NCBI GenBank assembly: GCA_039815185.1 | Contig: JBCBZT010000017.1 | Span: 64,001-128,000, forward strand | Source of the DNA: Cyanobacteria bacterium P01_A01_bin.123 | GTDB taxonomy: Bacteria; Cyanobacteriota; Cyanobacteriia; Phormidesmidales; Phormidesmidaceae | Length of the DNA: 64,000 nt | Reading direction: 5' to 3' | Shown here: positions 58,500 to 64,000 of the stretch, in pieces | Numbering within the stretch: the first letter of the stretch is position 1 | How the letters are laid out: each line of letters begins with the position of its first letter | Program-made: the position numbers and the translations under genes | Notes under the pieces: generated by a model | Told to the model about the DNA's origin: nothing | The model's input: only the letters and a program-made list of their open reading frames with translations | Databases searched by the model: none

Positions 58500-61481
58500 T
58501 CAGTCAATTTTGAATCGACCCACTTCTTCTTGGAGAGCTTGGGCAACCGTGTTGAGCTGCTCAAACGAGCTGGATACTCGGTTAGCTTCTTCGGAGTTTT
58601 GATTCGCGATCGCAGCGACATTGGTCATACTCATCGTTACTCCCTCTGAGGCTTTAGACTGTAGGGCGGTTGCCTCGGTAATAGCTTCAACCAGGGTGCT
58701 AATCTGTTCACTGGCAGCCGTTATCCGGTTGAGGCTCTGGCGGGTATCATCCACCAGTTGTGTCCCATCGACCACCTGCTGGGTACCCACCTCCATGGCC
58801 ACGACCACTTCATTCGTTTCGGTTTGAATCCCCGCAACAAGTTTTTCAATTTCGGTGGTCGCTTCAGCAGACTGGCGGGCTAGTTCTCGTACTTCTTCTG
58901 CAACCACGGCGAACCCTTTGCCCCCCTCACCGGCTCGGGAAGCCTCAATTGAAGCATTCAACGCCAGCATGTTGGTCTGGGCGGCAAACCCACTAATCAA
59001 GTTCACCACGTTGGAGATTTTCTGAGAAGATTCACCCAGGCGCTTCACCTTCTTGGCGGTTTCAGCCACCGTTTCGCGGATGGCTAAGATCCCGTCTACT
59101 GTACGATCCATAGCCTCGTCACCCTCTTGCACCGTCTGGGAAGCCTGCTGTACTGCTTGTTCGGCGTCCTTCGCGTTATTAGCCACCTGGCGCACAGAAT
59201 TGGCCATTTCCTGGGCTTGTTCTAGAGCTGCTTCAATCTCATTAGCCTGCTGTAGAGCTGAGGTTGACAAGTTACGAATTGACTCATCGTTGGCAGTAGT
59301 GGTTGAACCGACCTGTTCGGCAGCAATCTTCACCTGGGCCACAATCTTTCGCAGACTAGACACGGTTGCATTGTAAGAATCAGCCAGGGTGCCAATCTCA
59401 TCCTCGGTCACCCTAGCGCGCACGGTCAGGTCCCCTTGACTAACCGGGTCTACTTCCATCAGCAGTTGTAGGGCACTGCGTTGGAGTCCCTCTTTAATCT
59501 GCCGCTGTTCTTCGGCTAAGGCCTCAGTCTGTTCCAGCAGCAGCACCCGTTCGATCACCAGGCTTGTCTGGGTGCCTAACTGTTTAAGGAAGTCAACATC
59601 TGATGCCTGCCAGTTATGGCGAGAACGGCAATGATGGGCAATGACAAGACCATAGAGCTGCTTCTGAGCTTTAAGCGGGACGGCCAGCATAGAGCGCACA
59701 TCCAAATTGTCGAGCAGCTGCAAATGGGCTGGATGTAATTCAGCGGAGCGTACATCGTCAACCTGAAAAATTTCACCCGCTAAATATTTGGCCCGAGTTT
59801 CCTCGGGAATGCAGGGGTCGCTCAGGCCTTGTTCAAGCGCACTGGGCAGATTCTCCTTGACTGATTCTGCGGCAATCTCTCCCTCCCAGTTCTTGCCAAA
59901 CTGATACACCACGACCCGATCGGCTTTGATAATGTCCCGTGCTTCGGTAACGGCCTGGTTCAACAGGTCGCCTAGCTCTGTGGAACGGATGATGTTGGCA
60001 CCGGTAATATCTGAGAACAGGGTTGCTTTGCGGGCGTTAAGCGTTTGTTCGCCCAGGAACCCCTTTACCCGCAGTACCAGTTCATTAAAGGTCCGGGCTA
60101 GGTTCTCGGTCTCGGCACTGCCCTTGGGTTCGGCGGTGATTTCAAGGTTACCGGCTGACACCTGACGGGCTTTGTTCGAGAGATGGTTGAGGGGTGATGA
60201 GATCTGCCGAGATAAGCCAACAGTAATTAAGGCCGCCACCCCCCCCAGCAATATCGTAATCAGGCTAAACACGCCCAACAGTCCTCGACCTTCGGCATTG
60301 ATCTCGGCGATGTCCATCGATGCGACCGAAACCCAGTCCAGTCGAGGCATTGTAGACAGGGCGTACTGCTTACCTTCGTATTGGAAGGAGACGACAAAAC
60401 CTTGCCCTTCTGCAGTTTCTGATAGTTCTCGCACCTGCAATTTTTTAATCGGATAGTTGGCTGTCAGGGTGGCCCCCAAATCGTCAGCGCTAATTGCCTC
60501 AAGGCTTCGTGCAGCTTCAACGACCTGAGCTGCAACCTGTGTCACAGTTCTGCCGCCAGTAATCTGCCGCCCGCTATAAGCACTTTTGGGCACAATCCTC
60601 TCTTCAGGCGTGAATGTGACAATCGAAAAAGATGAGCTGATATCCAACAACTGCACCTGCTGCGACCCCTTAATACCGATGTTCTTGAGGTAGCTGGTTA
60701 AAAAAGTCAATTGATTCGAATCGAGAAATACCCTCAGCACGCCTAGAAACTCGCCATTATCAGGATTTTCAATGCGTTGACTAAGCGAGATCCCAAACAG
60801 AAGGGTTGATTCGTCCAACTCAGGATCACTAATCCATTGGGACTGGGCCTTCCCTTGCTGCCACCATTGATCTCGATAGTGTGCAAAACTAGATGGCATG
60901 GCGTTATATCCGACCATCAAACTATTCCGTTCAGTCAGTAATAACTGGGCAAATCCTTGAGCCTCAGAAAATCGGTTCAAATAATCAATGAGCGCTTGAT
61001 TTGAAGTAATCTGCTTCGTGTTTGCAAACCGCGCTTCTAAAATCTCCAAGGGTTGCTGAGGTAAGTCTTCTGCTTCAGCAGCATCAGTTGCTGCTTGAGC
61101 TAAATTTTTGATGAAGGGACTAATGCCTAAACCCTCCAGAGCCTCAAAGTCTTCTTCCATTTTGCGACTAATCCCCTCACTGACCAGCAGCGCTTCACCC
61201 TCTAGCTGACTATTGATCTCTGCCTGAACTCGGTTCTGAGTAATCACGTAACCGGCAATACTGGCAACCACTAACGGTGCTAGAGACAGTGGCAAAATCG
61301 TATTGAGTAGTTGTCTGCTCAGTGAGGCTGAGCGAGTTTTTCGCTGGCCAACTAAGGCAGTTATATGGGATTTAACGTCAGCATTATTGTTAGCTGGCAC
61401 AATTGTCATCTCAGACCATGTGTTAGTCTCAGCATTGTTGATTTTGTCACCGCTGGTGGAATTCAAGGGGGTCGGAGTCAT
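58500..61481 (-). CDS. Methyl-accepting chemotaxis protein: TM-Cache-TM-HAMP-GAF-MCP
   Basis: Two TM segments flanking a Cache-like region; one GAF with [36 protein letters not shown]. Confidence 0.9.
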   Translation of the reverse strand: MTPTPLNSTSGDKINNAETNTWSEMTIVPANNNADVKSHITALVGQRKTRSASLSRQLLNTILPLSLAPLVVASIAGYVITQNRVQAEINSQLEGEALLVSEGISRKMEEDFEALEGLGISPFIKNLAQAATDAAEAEDLPQQPLEILEARFANTKQITSNQALIDYLNRFSEAQGFAQLLLTERNSLMVGYNAMPSSFAHYRDQWWQQGKAQSQWISDPELDESTLLFGISLSQRIENPDNGEFLGVLRVFLDSNQLTFLTSYLKNIGIKGSQQVQLLDISSSFSIVTFTPEERIVPKSAYSGRQITGGRTVTQVAAQVVEAARSLEAISADDLGATLTANYPIKKLQVRELSETAEGQGFVVSFQYEGKQYALSTMPRLDWVSVASMDIAEINAEGRGLLGVFSLITILLGGVAALITVGLSRQISSPLNHLSNKARQVSAGNLEITAEPKGSAETENLARTFNELVLRVKGFLGEQTLNARKATLFSDITGANIIRSTELGDLLNQAVTEARDIIKADRVVVYQFGKNWEGEIAAESVKENLPSALEQGLSDPCIPEETRAKYLAGEIFQVDDVRSAELHPAHLQLLDNLDVRSMLAVPLKAQKQLYGLVIAHHCRSRHNWQASDVDFLKQLGTQTSLVIERVLLLEQTEALAEEQRQIKEGLQRSALQLLMEVDPVSQGDLTVRARVTEDEIGTLADSYNATVSSLRKIVAQVKIAAEQVGSTTTANDESIRNLSTSALQQANEIEAALEQAQEMANSVRQVANNAKDAEQAVQQASQTVQEGDEAMDRTVDGILAIRETVAETAKKVKRLGESSQKISNVVNLISGFAAQTNMLALNASIEASRAGEGGKGFAVVAEEVRELARQSAEATTEIEKLVAGIQTETNEVVVAMEVGTQQVVDGTQLVDDTRQSLNRITAASEQISTLVEAITEATALQSKASEGVTMSMTNVAAIANQNSEEANRVSSSFEQLNTVAQALQEEVGRFKID

Positions 61482-61681
61482 TGTGATAGACCTTTCTGTT
61501 TACGTAATGGGCACAACCTACTCGCCCATGCGTCTGGAGATGAGTAGGGGGATAAAAACGGTTTAGCCTTGTCCACAACGAGTCAAAACTTCTTAAAGCT
61601 CGCCCCCGTGCTCTAGGCCAAGTCATTTTGGGAACTGTTAATCAAGCCGAGGAAATCTGCTCCTCTGATCTGGAATCAGGT

Positions 61682-62650
61682 TTATTGGGCGTCCCAACTG
61701 CGCAGCTGGAGTTCTGAAATCAGTTGGTCAACGGCCGCATAATCCGCAGCAGGCACAAAACTTTCAAGGTTGGCAGCCTCTAAGGCTGGGCTATCCGGCG
61801 GCATGTTCAACAGTGCCTGTTGGACTGACTCAACTAGAGCAGGTGGTGCACTGCTGGTGGCAGATACCGCCCAGGTCGGATAGAGACGCGTTGTGTGCTC
61901 GTAGATGAATCCGTCCTCTTGCTTCGGCTCAAGTACCCGAACCTGACTCGTATCAGCGATCAAGCCGCTTTTGACCATGGTCTCTAGCTGTCCAGTGCGC
62001 ACAAAGCCAAAATCAAGGTCACCGTTGACAACGTTCAAAACAATATCGTTTTGCGATGGAATTTCCAGTAGGCTATCAAAGTCCAGAAATGGATTGACAT
62101 CGTTTTGCTGCACATGCAGCACTTGAAACAGACACCCTGCCGCTGCGGTTTCTAAAGAGACGCAGGCTCCGTTTTTACCTTTTAAGTCTTCAATACTGCT
62201 GATATCGCTATCACTTTTGACAATGATTTGACCGGCAAACTGTGCCCCAGTATTTGGTTGTGACTGGGTTATGATCAACTCCGTGTTATAGAGGCGGCGC
62301 ATTTGCACCGATGCCAGGGGATTGCTAATGACAAAGTCAAGCGTGCCCTGTGCAACTTCTAAGAATTGGGTTGTCTGTGCCAGGGGAACCAGTTCAACGG
62401 GGCGTCCAATCTCCTTAGATAAATAATCTAATATTGGGTCATACTGTTCGCGCACAGATTCAATATTCCGAATAACCAGCACACCAACTTGAACGGCATC
62501 ATCAGGGCCGCGATCAGTAGCATTTGACGGGGAAGCTGAGTCTGAAGCATTGTTGTTTGAGCTACAGCTTGCCAGTGGCACCATCAACACAGTGAATAGC
62601 CCCATCAAAATCGCAATTTGGTGAAATCGACGAGTGGAGAGAGTCTTCAT
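61682..62650 (-). CDS. PhnD/TtrS-like periplasmic oxyanion-binding lipoprotein
   Basis: Lipobox LASC; ILDYLSKEIG, LDFVISNP, IIVKSDSDISSIEDLKGK, VVNGDLDFGFV, LYPTW, VQQALL. Confidence 0.8.
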   Translation of the reverse strand: MKTLSTRRFHQIAILMGLFTVLMVPLASCSSNNNASDSASPSNATDRGPDDAVQVGVLVIRNIESVREQYDPILDYLSKEIGRPVELVPLAQTTQFLEVAQGTLDFVISNPLASVQMRRLYNTELIITQSQPNTGAQFAGQIIVKSDSDISSIEDLKGKNGACVSLETAAAGCLFQVLHVQQNDVNPFLDFDSLLEIPSQNDIVLNVVNGDLDFGFVRTGQLETMVKSGLIADTSQVRVLEPKQEDGFIYEHTTRLYPTWAVSATSSAPPALVESVQQALLNMPPDSPALEAANLESFVPAADYAAVDQLISELQLRSWDAQ

Positions 62651-62900
62651 GGATTAATCTGACCTTTCAGTTAAGGACTTATTGTCAATTTTGTGCACCC
62701 CAACTCGAAGGAAGTTCATGCTAAGAAGCTTCCGATCATATAGTATTTAGAACAGTTCAAATAGCCTTAATTAAACATGATCTATATCTAAGTCTATGGT
62801 TTCCGATTAAGCTAAATGCTCAGATCTTTAGAATATGCTTTGTTGAAATTAGGATCGGAGTCAGTAGGTAACCTTATGAGCTTTTGCCGCGTCATTACTT

Positions 62901-63479
62901 TTATCGTGTTATAGGTTGATCTGCCGTTGTTATTGCATTCAAAACTGCTTCGCCGTTTAAGATCCAGTGATCTTTGCTAGTGTCTCCTCTCCAATAGCCC
63001 TCTAGAAACGGTCTGATCGTTTCAGGTATTGCCAAATTGGTAATCGCCTGGATCAGCTCTGGTTCACAAATAACCATGTCGCTCACCCGATTGACCACGA
63101 GTCCTAGCACCGACGCTTTGACGTTAGAGGGGACTTGTTCCGACTGACCTTTAAGCACGACCACTGTATGCTTTGATACGTAGTTCTTTTGCTGATACCA
63201 AGGTGAAAACCCAACCAAATGATTGAGGTCAATGACCCACAAGATATCTCCTCGCCAGTTGTAGACACCTATCACCCATGGAGGCATTTGAAACATCGGC
63301 ACAACTTGGCTGGTTGAAATTGTTAGGATCTCAAACAGATTAAGAACCGATAGCAATATTGGCGTTTCAACCTCAAGCGCAAGTTGTATAAACTGCCGAT
63401 CAGGCGATATGACTGGAATTTCGTTATCGGTAGTCTCCGTGGGCACATTGCTATTGCTTAGTAAAGCGTCAGATGTCAT
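62901..63479 (-). CDS. cheW: CheW-like adaptor
   Basis: VVPMFQMPPWVIGVYNWRGDILWVIDL; LGLVVNRV. Confidence 0.9.
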   Translation of the reverse strand: MTSDALLSNSNVPTETTDNEIPVISPDRQFIQLALEVETPILLSVLNLFEILTISTSQVVPMFQMPPWVIGVYNWRGDILWVIDLNHLVGFSPWYQQKNYVSKHTVVVLKGQSEQVPSNVKASVLGLVVNRVSDMVICEPELIQAITNLAIPETIRPFLEGYWRGDTSKDHWILNGEAVLNAITTADQPITR

Positions 63480-63502
63480 GACTAACTCTAGTTTCTAGGG
63501 GG

Positions 63503-63874
63503 CTAACTTCTAGGCGATCCCAGGAGCTTGTTAATGGTTTCATTGAAATCATCTTGATCGAGGGGTTTGGTTAGATAGGCATCAGCGCCCTGCTTCATAC
63601 CCCAAAACTTATCAATCTCAGTGCCCTTTGTAGAGCAAATGACAATCGGAGTTTTTGAGCCACCCTCATCTTTAAGATCACGACAGATTTCGAATCCGCT
63701 GCGATCGGGAAGGACAACATCAAGAATAATCAGATCAAACTGATTGTTTTTAACTTTGTCAAAGGCTTCTGCAGCATTCTGGGCGACGATAAAGTTAATC
63801 CCGTTGCACTGCAAAAGGCCAGTGATAATCTCCTTATCAGTCATACTATCTTCGACGACAAGAGCAGTAGTCAT
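63503..63874 (-). CDS. CheY-like response regulator (PixH/PilH type)
   Basis: VVEDS, LDVVLPDRSGFEICR, WGMKQGADAYLTKP; ATG 63874 preceded by GGAGGT. Confidence 0.9.
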   Translation of the reverse strand: MTTALVVEDSMTDKEIITGLLQCNGINFIVAQNAAEAFDKVKNNQFDLIILDVVLPDRSGFEICRDLKDEGGSKTPIVICSTKGTEIDKFWGMKQGADAYLTKPLDQDDFNETINKLLGSPRS

Positions 63875-64000
63875 TGCAACCTCCAAGTAGATAAAGTAAA
63901 TAGAACTCGTTAACTTGAAACACCAGTCATCTAATCGGGAAAATGGATCAACTAAAGCGGGTAGCTTTATTGATTGATAGCTGCTGGAACAGCTAAGTGC

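Noticed and set aside
254..61566. Numerous 60-170 aa ORFs antisense to or overlapping the called genes
   Set aside because: They are shadow frames of well-supported genes and have no domain motifs

Overview
Gene-dense chromosomal window from a cyanobacterium, judged from petE, psbV, frequent HIP1 octamers GCGATCGC, cyanobacteriochrome GAF domains and a Yfr2-like RNA. 1-26 kb is mostly housekeeping: exbB-exbD-exbD, an AEC transporter, DUF3038/DUF4335/OmpA-domain genes, petE, psbV, accD, NDH-2, an XPB-like helicase, aspA/fumC, hom, a site-2 protease, an ABC1 kinase and a CPA-USP antiporter. 26.6-64 kb is a motility/aggregation region: a pixGHIJL-type phototaxis operon, a divergent cellulose-synthase operon (porin, TPR protein, bcsB, bcsA, lipoprotein), pentapeptide genes, a sulfotransferase-CHR pair, and a second paralogous chemosensory operon running off the right end. 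Most interesting: (1) a stand-alone TtrS/PhnD-like lipoprotein inside the second chemosensory operon, next to an MCP with a DXCIP-type GAF; (2) a bcs operon with BcsC apparently split into porin plus TPR genes; (3) a structured, riboswitch-like leader before the cation/proton antiporter; (4) a possible Tol/Ton-like system in which DUF4335 looks like a TolA/TonB analogue. I saw no tRNA, rRNA, CRISPR array or transposase. All assignments come from reading motifs by eye; no database searches were run.
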